Source: Malacoraja senta (taxonomy: Eukaryota). From it: a stretch of 64,000 nt of DNA. The position numbers were made by a program, and so were the translations under genes. The notes below the pieces were generated by a model that made no database searches, was not told the origin of the DNA, and worked only from the letters and a program-made list of their open reading frames with translations. The stretch spans positions 11,410,001 through 11,474,000 of the forward strand of contig CM075992.1 of NCBI GenBank assembly GCA_038087875.1. Reading direction: 5' to 3'. Shown piece after piece: positions 1-12,450 of this stretch (its first letter is position 1; every line of letters starts with the position of its first letter).

Positions 1-1539
1 TGGGTGGCGATGGGGAATGGCTTTGCAGCTCACATGCACTCTTGTCATCATATTGTGTCACCAACCCAACAGCAGGCAAAAGCCAGTCTGGGACTTGCAC
101 CCTCTGCCAGCTTACGAACGCTAGCTGAGCTCCAGGGCCACATCTAGCCAAGGGCAGGGCAGTCATTGGATGCATTGAACACTAACTCAACTCTAAACCT
201 GCTAGACATCCACCCAGCCCATGTTGGACCCCAAGCAAACTCCTTCCAAACTCACGAGCACTCATTGATCTGTGCTGCCCGTGCTCACCTTCCGATGGCT
301 GAATCCTGGTTTGTCACCTTGCCAACCACTGTCCAATAGCCAACAATTAGAGGATCACCATATCAAGCAACCTTAAAGCCAGACGGACAACATCCCATCT
401 GCCCAGGGAGGTGCTTGAAATGAAAGGCAACTCTTCCATTCCCCAGAATCCAGGCTAGATGCTACCATGCTTATTATTGGACAGTCTGTTCAACAATGTA
501 GAAGCTATGAACTCCTGCTATGTACATGCTCAATAGAAGCAGAGAGCTGAAGCAGCTCAACTCTCAGCTGCAACTTCTTGCCTCTTTCTTCCGAAGTTTG
601 TAGCAAATTGAAACAGAGCGATGGAGGTAAGAATGGGGAGAGGGTGGCAGCAGCAATGGGGCAGTCCCAGTGGAGAGGCGAGTTACAGTCCCAAGCAAAG
701 AGAGTCAGTGCGCTGTTGCTCTTGTGCTCTGTGTCTCTCGCTTTAGAAGCAGCTGTAGCCGGCTCTGCAGGGCTCTCGTGCTTTCAATCACATTACTGTC
801 TCATGAACGTTTCTCGGGCCCTGTAAGGAAACAGACAAGACATCGAGATCAGAAACTAACCACATGGCAGCTTGTCGGGGCCAGGGCACCTGCTGGCTTT
901 GGCTGAGACAGCAGAGAACTAATGTTCTCACGAGCAGGACACCAGCACATCAGCCCTGCCAACCCCCACCATGGCACAGCCGGCAACACCACGAGAGCCA
1001 ACACAGACCATCACTGCACCTGGGGCTGTCTGAGGGGATAGATGGGGGCAAAGGGGTGAGGAGAGCGAGTGTCTTGGTGTGCGGGGAACAGTTTGTGGGT
1101 GCAGTGAGTGGCCGAATTGGAGGATGAATATTTGGGGGACACATGTTTACAGTTTGTGGGGGGGGTGTGAATGAGTGTGGGGGAGTGTGTGTGTCAGCAT
1201 GTGTGACACTGAGTGGGTGGATATATGGCCAATGATGCAGGTTTGTATGTGGGTGTGTGGGAGGCAGTGTATGGGCTAATGTGTGGGGAATGGGGTGGTG
1301 ATGCTGTGTAGCATGACAGTGTAACCTGATCTAGGCGGTGTGGGCCATGGCCGGGCCAATGAGTGGAGCATTGGTCAGATTCATTGGGATTTGGGTGGGT
1401 GAGTGCAGACTTGTGTACAATTGTAGGGTAGTGTGTGAATGGAGTGATCCCCTTACTCCAACAGCCACAGGACAATGTGACATTGTGGGTGTCAGAGAAC
1501 ATGCTGCAGATCCCTGGTAAAAGCAAAAACAATGACCAG

Positions 1540-1845
1540 GGAGGCACAGCACTGCAGCGGGTAGAGCCGCTGCCTCAGTGCCAGAGACCCGGGTTCGATC
1601 CTGACCTCAGGTGCTGTCTGTGTGAAATTTGGATGTTCTTCCTGTGACTGCATGGGTTTCCTCCGGGTGCTCCACTTTTCTCCCCGACCCAGACATGTTG
1701 GTTATTTGGCCGCTGTAAATTTGCCCTTAGTGTGTAGGGAGTGGATGCACAAATGGGATAACATAGAATATAGTATGAACGCGTGACCGATGGTCAGTAT
1801 GAAATCGGTGGGCCGAAGGGCCTGTTTCCTGCAGTATCTTTCAAT
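1540..1845 (+). mobile_element. tRNA-derived V-SINE (HE1-like); mirror copy at about 38320-38625 (-)
   Basis: B-box gggttcgatcc, V-domain-like gggtttcctccgggtgctcc, CR1-type 3' tail gggccgaagggcctgtttc. Confidence 0.8.
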
Positions 1846-2103
1846 TCTGTCAATCAAGATTGATTCTGGAAGATTCAGGTCCCCTCGAAGTGGATACTGC
1901 TAAAAACAGCCCATTTAAGTAAGAGATACAGGTGTAAACAGGCCACTTAATGGGTACATGTCCTGATACTAGTCCTTGTTATAGTCACGTGTACAGAGAT
2001 GTAGTGAGAAACGTAGTTGTGTGCTATTCAGTCACATCGCACTGTACATGAGTATAACCACTCCCCCATGACAGACACGGCACCAGACTAATCGTAACCA
2101 TAC

Positions 2104-2193
2104 CTGCGTCGATGAAGTTGACATCTCAGAGTATTTTGAGTCTTTCTTCAATCGGTACAAACGGTGGAAGAAGTTGGCGTACTCATCCCTCAC
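2104..2193 (-). CDS. ADGRE-like copy A, helix-8/C-tail exon (90 bp)
   Basis: VRDEYANFFHRLYRLKKDSKYSEMSTSSTQ; VR.EY follows NKQ as in adhesion GPCRs; tttcag/gtatgg sites. Confidence 0.85.
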
Positions 2194-3242
2194 CTGAAAG
2201 ACAAGGTGACATGGAGTGTTTACAATCCTGTCCACACCATTGCTAGTGGCCATTACATCAGGACTGTCCATGGAGTTTACAATCCAGGCCCCGAGCTGCT
2301 GGCTTCTGGCTGCCTCACTCTCATTGCCAAAGCACAAGGCAAGAGATCAGCACCAGGACAAAGGGTCACTCCAGCTTTATCTGCAGTGAGTGGGGTTGTC
2401 AGCCACAGCACCCAGGAAGTTCCTGCTCCAGTTTCCACCCCGCACCTGACACTGTTCTCAGTTCCACAACTGAACTCGGTATTGGTGGCCCATGGTTGTT
2501 AATATCTGCCAGACCCTGGAACTCTGTGGCATCTACAGATTCCTCTGTGATATTCAGCTGTGTAGATATTGTGGTTAATAATGTTGTCCATCATTGTCAT
2601 AGAGTCTAAGAAATGTGGAAACAGGCCATTCGGCCCACGATATCCATGCCAACCAGTGGGCACCAGTTTTTCCCTTGGTTTCCACAATGCCATTGGATCA
2701 CTTGATCAGGCAGCTTTATTAGACTTTGGTGAGGCAGCGTTTGGAGTATTGTGTGCATTTTCTTGTCTCCCCATTACACCAAGGATGTGGAGGCTTTGTA
2801 AAGTGTGCAAAGGAGGTTTACATGAAAGATGCCCTGATTAGGCAGTATTTGTTACAGGGAGAGGTAGGACAGACATTGCTTGTTATTTTGCTGGAGGTTG
2901 TGGGGAGACCTGATAGAAGTATATAAAATAATGAGAGGCATATATAGTGCAGACCGTCAGAAACTTTCTCCTAGGAGGGTAACATCAATTACTAGAGGGC
3001 AGAGCTTTAAGGTGAGAAGGGTAAAGTTTAAAGGAGATAGGGTGGTCAAGGACTTTGGTACATTGGCCTTCAACAGTCAGGGTATTGAGTATAGAAGTTG
3101 GAACATTATGTTAAAGTTGTACAACATGTTGGTGAGGCCACACTGTACTGTTTTCAATTTTGGTCACCCTGCTCTAGGAAGGAGGTCACTCAGCTGGAAA
3201 GAGTGCAGAGAAGATTTGCGAGGATATTGCTAGAACTTGAGT

Positions 3243-3563
3243 GGGATCAATCTTGTGAACCTACGCTGCACTGCCTCAATCACAAGGATGTCCTTCCTCA
3301 AATTAGGAGACCAAAACTGTACACAATACTCCAGATGTGGTCTTACCAGAGCCCTATACAACTGCAGAAGAACCTCTTTACTCCTATACTGAAATCCTCT
3401 TGTTATGAAGGCCAACATTCCATTAGCTTTCATCACTGCCTGCTGTACCTGCACGCCAACTTGCAGTGACTGGTGTACAAGGACACCCAGGTCTCGCTGC
3501 ACCTCCCCCTTACCTAACCTAACCCCATTGAGATAATAATCTGCCCCCTTGTTTTTGCCGCCG
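3243..3563 (-). mobile_element. CR1/HER1-type LINE RT fragment; mirror at about 36638-36958
   Basis: QRDLGVLVHQSL...LVRPHLEYCVQFWSP...VQRRFTRLIP, the CR1 ORF2 C-terminal signature. Confidence 0.9.
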
Positions 3564-4557
3564 AAGGGCCTGTTATGTGCTATAAGACTCTGAGATGTGC
3601 AAGTCAGATTTATTTACAAAAGAATGTGCTAAGTGTCTGGAATGAGTTGCTGGGTTTGGTGGTTCAGTCAGATACAATAGTGACATTTAAGAGCCTTTTG
3701 TATATGCACATGGATATGCAGGAAATGGAAACAAATGGACTATGTGAAGGCCGATCAGGGTTGGTCTTGGCAACATGTTTGGCACAGACTGTGAGCCGAA
3801 GGGCCTGTTCTTGTGCTGCACTGTTCTATATTCAATGTTAGTCAAAGAATCATACAGCGTATAAGCAGGTCCTTTGGCCCAACATACCCATGCCCCATCT
3901 ACATTAGTCCCACCTGCCTGCTTTTACAAACATCCCACTTTCTGAATGGTCCTTTTCCTTCAAACAACCTTCTCAAACCAACACGAGCAAGTTTCTGTCT
4001 AATTCCTTCAATGTTAGCCTTGCCCCAATTTAGGATTTTAACTCATGGGCTAACTCTATCCTTAACTAATCTAAACCTAATAGACAATGGCTGCTGGTGC
4101 CAAAAGGCTCATCCATGACCACTTCATCCACTTGTCCATTCCAATTACCGAAGACAAGATCAAGCATTGCCTTCTCTGCAGAAGGGCTCTCTTTATATTG
4201 CCGGAGGAAATGTTCCTGAATACATTTGACCAATTCTACCCTGTCTAAACCTTTTGCACTATGATATTCCCAGTTAATATTTGGAAAGTTAAAATCCCCT
4301 TCTATGAAAACTTTATTGGTCCTGCAGCTGCCATTTTCAATAAAGGCAGGCATAGCTGGGGCCTATGTGAATGCCCATGGCTATACCATTGATTTGAATC
4401 CATAATTCTGGTGACTGGTCACAACGTGCACGCCCACACAGGCCAGTCACTTGCCCAGCCTCATTCCCCAATGGAAGGTCCAGCATTGCCCTCTCTCTGG
4501 TTGGCCATCTACATACTGTTTGAGTAAACGTTGCTGAACAAATTCAAGGGGACTTAC

Positions 4558-4726
4558 CTGCTTGTTAAGGAGGCAGTGCAGGATGAAGATGAACATTCCT
4601 TGCATGCTGTTGATCACAGTGAAGATGTAAGCCATGACAATTGTTTCCTTCTGGAAGTGCAACATGCCAAATATCCAAGTACATCCCAGGATGCAGAGTT
4701 GAGCGACAGCAGTGAAGGTAAAGACC
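4558..4726 (-). CDS. ADGRE-like copy A, TM6-TM7 exon (169 bp)
   Basis: [56 protein letters not shown]; ttttag/gtaagt sites. Confidence 0.93.
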
Positions 4727-5236
4727 CTAAAACAAGACGCTCTTTCAATTATTTGTGTTGACTGGGTTAAAATCCAGAAATCCCCACCAAACCAAACAGT
4801 GAGACTTCAATGCACAGACTGCAGCGATAGAGATATCAGCCAGTCAGCTGATACAATAAGTGAGCCATGACTTGTGGCACACCAAACATCAAAGGATTTA
4901 TTGGAAAAGAAAAAATGATTATGTTGGCCTCTGCTGAGAAATGTTTGTTTCATACAGAATAATGCAAAACTGATTCATTCTCACACTGAGGTGTAACCAG
5001 AGAATGCCCATCCCCTAAACACATTCAGAAACCTCGACATACAACAGGACAGGAATGGCAACTGAGTGATTCACATGCTTGACCTTCCACGTGTGGTACC
5101 TAACCTATGACCCTGGAGCCGACAGTTCCTTCTATCTGATCCACACTATGGGAACGGGACAAGTGCTGGCCATTTGCATGACCTGGATACCGTATCAACC
5201 AAGGAAGGTACCAGCAGCCACACCAGTTGTTCTCAC

Positions 5237-5328
5237 CTGATTTTCTTCAACTGGCCCATATCAGGATTGACACTTGAAAACTTTTCAGCCAGTTTCAACA
5301 CAGTGATAATAAAAAATCCTCCATTGAC
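5237..5328 (-). CDS. ADGRE-like copy A, TM5-ICL3 exon (92 bp)
   Basis: VNGGFFIITVLKLAEKFSSVNPDMGQLKKIR resembles the CD97/EMR ICL3 (KL..KFS..NPDM..LKK.R); ag/gtgaga sites; in frame with neighbours. Confidence 0.9.
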
Positions 5329-5918
5329 CTTCCAAGAAAAGAAAAAGCCACATTATTCCGATTAAGATAGTGGTCTATTGAATTAATATTTTCTTGATGT
5401 TATCTTTAATTCATTTACATTTCCATAGAAACATCTAGCAGTGCATAAATAGTTGCATTTGGACATGTTTGCCTCTACATTGATCCTCAACATTCATTTT
5501 AAAATAGACAGTGATGTAGATATTACCGTAGTGTTCCATCAGCCCTGAGTGGATGACTTGAAATCTTCTCATATGCATTGTGAATCTGTAAATCTCTAAA
5601 GATTTATCATGAAAACCAGTAATAAAGGACATCATCTTTATCAATGCACTTTGGAGAATTGGAGAAACTTCATCCTATCTGATACTGCTAAATATTAATA
5701 TCCAAGATTACAGCACAAGTTAAACTGACACAAGTTCAGTAGCTGTCACCATACCAGATCTGTGCCATGCTCCAAGGCCCCTCTGTTCCTCCGCACTCAC
5801 CAAGACCCTGCCATTCATGGTTGATGTCCTATCATCATTAGTGGTTCCAAAACCCATCAGCTCACATTTTCCTGAATTCAACAGACATTCTCTCTGTTTC
5901 ATATTTTTCAAAACTTAC

Positions 5919-5985
5919 CAGAATAATCACACAGACCGGAGCCAGGAAAGCCCAGAGAAATCCCGACTTTAGATCCAACCAACAA
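5919..5985 (-). CDS. ADGRE-like copy A, ECL2-TM5 exon (67 bp)
   Basis: (Y)CWLDLKSGFLWAFLAPVCVIIL; phase matches the previous exon (TA+T=Tyr); ccccag/gtaagt sites. Confidence 0.92.
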
Positions 5986-6599
5986 CTGGGGAAAGAGGAA
6001 AAATGTTTTGTTTCCAAATGACACTGTAAAATGTTTACACTTTGCACACACACACACACACACGTACAGGTATGTTCCCACACCAGTAACATTACTGCTC
6101 AGACGGCCTCCCTGCCATGTGTGAGGCTCGGCAGGAATCGACTATTCCCGTCATGGGTACATTGCTACCTCACTCAATTCTGTGTGGACCCAGCTTGGCA
6201 TTGTTGGTCTTCATAATCATTATCATACTTTATTAGCCAAGTATGTTTTGCAACATACGAGGAATTTGATTTTGATTTACACAAGAGTGTGCTAAGTGTC
6301 TGGAATGAGTTGCCGGGTTCAATCCCTTCTTTGTTCTGCAGTCGGGGGCCTCGAGCCTTCTGATCTTTGTCCTTGTGCTGCAGGGAGTTGTGGCTGGGGT
6401 AGGGCTTTAACATTTTTAGCTCTATTCTTTCCCTTGATTATTGTTTAATGACCTTACCCCATCCATCTCCACTGCACCCCTCGTATCTGTCTCTCAGTCT
6501 CCCTATCCCACCCCAACTCACGCCCCCTGAGCTGGAGAGAGCCATGTGTGACCTCCTTGAGAACAAGTTGGGGCTGTTGGTGAAAGCTCTTGCTCCATC

Positions 6600-7968
6600 C
6601 CTGGTAGACTATATTTACAATATACAATATATATTAACGATTTAGACCAAGGAATTAAATGTAACATCTCCAAGTTTGTGGATGACACAAATCCCGGTAG
6701 CAGTGTGACTTGCGAGGGGGATGCTATGAGGCTGCAGGGTGACTTGGATAGGTTCGGTGAGTGGGCAGATGTAGTATAATGTGGATAAATGTGAGGTTAT
6801 CCACTTTGTTGGCAAAAACAAGAAGGCAGATTATCTGAATGGTGTCAGATTAGGAGAAGGGGAGATGCAACGAGACCTGGGTGTCCTTGTACATCAGTCA
6901 CTGAAAGTAAGCATGCAGGTACAGCAGGCAGTGAAGAAAGCAAATGGCATGTTGGCCGTCATAGCGAGAAGATTTGAGTATAGGAGCAAGTTGGTTCTAC
7001 TCCAGTTGTACAGGGCCATGGTGTATTGTGTGCAATTTTGGCCTTCTAATTTTGGGAAGGACATTCTTGCTATTGAGGGAGTGCAGTGTAGGTTCACCAG
7101 GTTAATTCCTAGGGTGGTGGGACTGACAGATGATGAAAGAAAGGATCGACTGGGCATATATTCACTGGAATTTAGAAGGTTGAGAGGGGATCTAATATGA
7201 AATTCTTAAGGGATTGGCCAGGCTAGATGTTGGGCAGTAGATTAGATTTTATTTCTTGTCATTTGAACCTCAAAGAGGCTCAAACGAAACTCCGTTTCCA
7301 CAGTGATGGAAGGCAAAATCTTTTCTCTCCCGTGCACCATTTTTCTCCCGATGTTGAAGCCCCAGGCGGGCAATGTTAAGTCCCACGGGAGGCCGCGCCG
7401 GGCGGTGTACTGCCTCGCTCCGGGCCCAAAAGTCACAAAGTTGGAGCCCCCGGCGGGCGTTGGAATATCCCGTGGCCATTAAAGCCGCGCCGGGCGATTT
7501 ATGGCCCCGCTCCGGGTTGTTCTAACCCCGCGCACGGGCGGGAGAAGTTGCGTTGCGGGAGCTCCGGAAAGTGGTCTCTCACCCGGACCCGTGAGCTCCC
7601 GATATCATAGTCCACAGGTCTGCAGCTGGAGCTCCGGAGTCGGGCCGCAGCAGGGGGAGTCCAGAACCAGGGGTCACAGTTTTAAAAAAAGAGGTAGTTC
7701 ATTTAGGACTGAGATGAGGAAAGACTTTTTCATCCAGAGAGTTGTGAATCTGTGGAATTCTCTGCTGCAGAAGGAAGTGGAGGCCAATTCACTGGATGTA
7801 TTCAAGAGAGAGTTGGATATAGCTCTTAGAGCTAATGGAACCAAGGGATATGGAGAGAAAGCAGGGATGGGGTTCTGATTCTGGATGATCAGCCATGCTC
7901 ATATTGAATGGCAGTGCTGGCTCGAAGGGCCGAATGGCCTACTCCTGCACCTATTTTCTTTGTTTCTA
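6600..7968 (+). mobile_element. CR1 LINE 3' part, interrupted by a GC-rich SINE-like insert at about 7242-7652; mirror at about 31760-33230
   Basis: SKFVDDTK, KCEVIHF, RDLGVLV motifs; 3' UTR ggctcgaagggccgaatggcctactcctgcacct. Confidence 0.88.
7242..7652 (-). mobile_element. GC-rich non-autonomous SINE-like retroelement fragment; mirror at about 32077-32570 (+)
   Basis: CpG-rich, no coding potential, ends aataaaatctaatct; shares the gccttccatcacagtgagg segment with 33520-33690. Confidence 0.6.
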
Positions 7969-8212
7969 GACAAACCATTGGAAGTTAATGTGCTGGTGCA
8001 GGGGTAGTCAGGATTTTGCCCATATGGACTTTAGCAAGACATTTGACAAAGCCCCACATGGTAGGCTGATCCAGAAGATTAAATTACATAGGCCACAGGC
8101 AAGCGGAACTATTGTAGCTGGGACATTGTTGGCCGGTTTAGGCGAGTTGGGCCGAAGGGTCTGTTTCCACACTGTTTCACCCTATGACTTTATGACTCTG
8201 TCTGGGGCATAG

Positions 8213-9013
8213 ATACATAGAAAATAGGTGCAGGAGGAAGCCATTCGGCCCTTCGAGCCAGCACCGCCATTCATTGTGATCATGGCTGATCGTCCCCTAT
8301 CAATAACACGTGCCTGCCTTCTCCCCATGTCCCTTGACTCCACTAGCCTCTAGAGCTCTATCTAACCCTCTCTTAAATCCATCCAGTGACTTGGCCTCCA
8401 CTGCCCTCTGTGGCAGGGAATTCCATAAATTCACAACTCTCTGGGTGAAAAAATGTTTCTCACCTCAGTCTTAAATGACCTCCCCTTTATTCGAAGACTG
8501 TGGCCCCTGGTTCTGGACTCGCCCCACATTGGGAAAATCTTTCCTGCATCTAGCTTGTCCAGTCCTTTTATAATTTTATATGTTTCTATAAGATTCCCCC
8601 TCATCCTTCTAAACTCCAGTGAATACAAGCCTAGTCTTTTCAATCTTTCCTCATATGACAGTCCCGCCATCCCAGGGATCAATCTCGTGAACCTACACTG
8701 CACTGCCTCAATCACAGGGATGTCCTTCCTCAAATTTGGAGACCAAAACTGTACACAATACTCCAGCTGTGGTCTCACCAGAGCCCTATACAACTGCAGA
8801 AGAACATCTTTACTCCTATACTGAAATCCTCTTGTTATGAAGGCCAACATTCCATTAACTTTCTTCACTGCCTGCTGTACCTGTAAGCCAACTTTCAGTG
8901 ACCGGTGTACAAGGACGCCCAGGTCTCGCTGCACCTCCCCCTTACCTATCCTAACCCCATTGAGATAATAATCTGCCCCCTTGTTTTTGCCGCCAAAGTG
9001 GATAACCTCACAT
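8213..9013 (-). mobile_element. 5'-truncated young CR1 LINE with 3' UTR; mirror at about 30720-31520
   Basis: 167-aa open RT C-terminus, 3' UTR and tttctatgt-type tail. Confidence 0.92.
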
Positions 9014-11471
9014 CACTGAAGGAGGCCTTCATCCCACCATGACTGTGCCGGTCATGATGAAAACATGAAAAATCCCATCTGTCTGTGCATGGTCTGCACC
9101 ATTCCCTATCTTCTCATGTATTTGTTTCAATGCCCATTAAACATGCTATCACATCTGCTTCCACCACCTCCCCTGCACAAAGTACCAGACACCCACCACA
9201 TGCTGTATATAAAGGAGATCTTTTGTGGGAACAGGTGACCAAAACTGAACACAATACTCTAACTGTCTTGTAACAATGTCTTGTACCACTGGATTTTTTA
9301 AAATAAACATCTTCTCTATCTATTATATCACCCAGTTTAGTGTCATCTACAAACTTACTCATCATGACTTCACAATTCTCTGGCGTGTCACTAGTCACAG
9401 ACCTCCATTCTGAATGAGAACCTTCCACCATCAAGATTCAAGATTCAAGATATTTTATTAGTCACATTCACATACACCCGGGTGTAGTGAAGTGAAATGC
9501 TTTTTGCCATTATCAGCACACAAAAAAGAGAAGAGAATACAGACACAACACCAAGATAGTCTTAACACTGAACATCCCCCCACAATGGCTCCCACCATGA
9601 GGGAAGGCACAAAGTCCAGTCCCCAACCCCAGGTGGGTTGAAGGCCTCTTTCAGTGATGTGAGGTTATCACCCTCTGCTTCCTTTCACAAAGCTAATTCT
9701 CTATCCAGTCAGTTGGCTCTCCCTGGATCCCATGTGATCTAATGATCCAGTGCAGCCTACTATGCAGAACCTCATCAAATCTCTTGCTGAAGCCAATGTA
9801 GACAATGTCTGTGGCTTTGCCCTTTTCAGCCTCTTTGATTACTTCAAAATATAAATCGATTGGTAAGTCACACTCTTCCATGTACCATGCTGAATAGCCC
9901 TGATTAGCCCCTGTCTAATGCATATATATCCTATCCCTCAGAATACTCTCTTCCTTCGAGCCCTTCTTAAATAGAGACACACCCTTCAGCCTTGCGGCAC
10001 CTCATCTGTGTGGTGAGGTGTTGGTACTCGAGGCCCTGAACTGTAGGGAATGGTTGAGCAGGCTAGATCTTTATTCCGTGAAACCCAGGAGGTGAAGGGG
10101 TGATCTTGTGGAGGTGTATGACATATGAGGGGAATAGGTAAGGTGAAAACATATCTAGAGTTTATCTAGAGTACGAGAATCAAGAACCAGGCAACATTTG
10201 TTTAAGGTGAGAAGGGAAAGATAGGAACCTGAGGGGACTTTTCACAGAGAGGGTGGTGGTTACATACAACGGCCTGAAAGAGTGGATAGTTGAGACAGGT
10301 ACTGTAATAAAATGTAAAAGACATTTAGACAGGTACATGGACAGGAGAGATGTGCCAAACATGGACAGGTTGGACTAGAGTAGATGGGGCATCTGGGTTG
10401 GCATGGGGTAGTTGGGCCGAAGGGCCTGTTTCTTTGCTGTATGACCCTCTGACTCTAATATCAAAGCACCCTCCTGAATCTCAACATCATCCATGCCCTT
10501 CCTCTTGGGGAATGCTAATGTTAAGTACACATTCAGGGCCTTGTCCATTTCTCTGGCTTCAGGCATAAATTCCCACCTGGAGTGGACCTACCGTTTTCCA
10601 AGTAACCCTTTCTCCTTACATACAAAATACCTGCAAACTCTCCTCGACCCTATTTTCCAAGCTTCTTTTACTCCTCCTAATTTCTTGTTTAAGTGTTTTC
10701 CTGATTTCTTCGTATTTCTCAGGAACCATGACTGATTTCTGTTCCTTTGATGGTGGGCCAAAGGTCCCATTTCTGTGCAAGGATAGTATTTCCCCTGGCA
10801 ACCAGGGATCATAATTAGAGTGGCTAATGAAACTGTTGCCTCAGTTCCAGAGACCTGGGTTTGATCCCGACTTTGGGTGAAGCCTTTGTGGAGTTTGCAC
10901 GTTCCACCTAAATCCACGCAAATCCCCTTTGGGTTCTGCAGTCTCCATCAACATCCCAAACACGTGTAGGTTGATAGGTAGCTGTAAATTATCCCATGAA
11001 TGATAGCATAGAACATGGAACAGTACAATATAGGAATGGGACTTGGGGATCTGGAGCAGTTGATGGAAATTTTGGGAAGAGAAAGAGGGATCAGTGTAGG
11101 ATTGGGATAAATGGGTGCTTGATGGTTGACCTCATGGGATGAAGGGCCTGTTCCCATGCTGCATGTGGAGATGGGAAGAAATATCTTCACTTAGTGGGTG
11201 GAGAACCTTTGCAATCCTCTCCCCAAGTGGGTTTTGCAGGCTCAGTCGCTGAGTGTTTTCAGACAGAGATGGATATGAAGGATATGGGGAAAATAGGGTC
11301 AGTGCAAAAAAATGGTCCTGAGGTTGTAGGTTGGTCATAGTCCAACTGAATGTTAGAATAGGTGCAAGGGGTCAAATGGCCTCCTCCGTCAACCATGTTT
11401 ATTCCTGTCACAGAAACTCAATGTGCTCCGAGTGCAATGTCTGCAAAAAAATCTGCAGTTTTCGTACTTAC

Positions 11472-11692
11472 TACTTGTCTGTTCCATATCCCTGGGAAAA
11501 CACGGCTGCTGAGATGCCAACAGTAATCAGGGGGCAACCGTAGCCAAACAAGTACATGTACGTTGGTCTCAGACTCTTTGCATTGAAGACTTTCACCAGC
11601 ATGAGGTAAAGCTGCACACCTTCCAGGAGCATCCAGGAAAAACAGGACAGGAAGAAATAATGCAGGAATCCAGCGATGACGGCACAAAGAGT
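11472..11692 (-). CDS. ADGRE/CD97-like adhesion GPCR copy A, TM3-TM4 exon (221 bp)
   Basis: [29 protein letters not shown]...[23 protein letters not shown]; secretin/adhesion 7TM motif HYFFL..F.WM..EG..LY; cag acceptor, gtaagt donor. Confidence 0.93.
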
Positions 11693-11749
11693 CTGGAAGT
11701 GATGCAAGAGAACAACAAGGGATTAATGAGCCTGAGCTGGGCTGCACAG

Positions 11750-11893
11750 GGTGGTAAACTGGCTGGTTCACTGGGTCGATTTACTGGGCCTGTGCGCTGA
11801 GTCAGTATATTGGGTTGGTATACTGGGCCGGTATACTAGGTCATTACACTGGATCAGTGCACTGGGCCAGGACACTTGGTTGGTTGTACACTG
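11750..11893. repeat. Degenerate ~13-bp minisatellite (actgggccggtat-like); mirror at about 27823-27965
   Basis: Recurrent actggg..g.t.t units immediately upstream of the TM3 exon acceptor. Confidence 0.65.
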
Positions 11894-12375
11894 CAGTTTC
11901 AGTTTAGTTTATTGTCACGTGTACCGAGGTACAGTGAGAAGCTTTTGTTACATGCTAACCAGCCAGCGGAAAGACAATACATGATTACAATTGAATCTGT
12001 TCACTGTGAGCCATACACAGTGTGTGGATAAATGATATGGGATATAAGGGATAATGCATTGGTACAAAGATACATTTCACTGACCACTCAAGTTAGACTA
12101 ACTGCCTGTAGTTTCCTATCGTCTCCCTTGCTCCTTTTCTAAAGTAGCATGGATTCTGTTTGGTCCCCTCCAAAGTGGCAACTCCATTATGTTGAATTCT
12201 GGAGACAGCATCAATGCACTCACTATTTTCACTATGACTTCCGTTGGTCTGTTTCTGTGCTGGATAACGTTCTGTAAGGTTTTAAAGAAGGAACTGCAGA
12301 TGCTGGAAAATCGAAGGTACACAAAAATGCTGGAGAAACTCAGCGGGTGCAGCAGCATCTATGGAGCAAAGGAAA

Positions 12376-12413
12376 TAGGTAACGTTTCGGGCCGAAACCC
12401 TTCTTCAGACCCT
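12376..12413 (-). ncRNA. Minimal hammerhead ribozyme motif (Penelope-type), opposite strand
   Basis: Minus strand reads gggt-CTGAAGA-A-GGGT(TTCG)GCCC-GAAA-CG-TT-acct; stem I gggt/acct. Confidence 0.68.
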
Positions 12414-12450
12414 AAGTCTGAAGAAGGGTTTCGGCCCGAAACGTTACCTA
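12413..12450 (+). ncRNA. Minimal hammerhead ribozyme motif (Penelope-type)
   Basis: CTGAAGA-A-GGGT(TTCG)GCCC-GAAA-CG-TT, with stem I taagt/accta (4 of 5 pairs). Confidence 0.65.

Noticed and set aside
1540..1615. tRNA gene
   Set aside because: The B-box-containing head belongs to a V-SINE; there is no complete cloverleaf.
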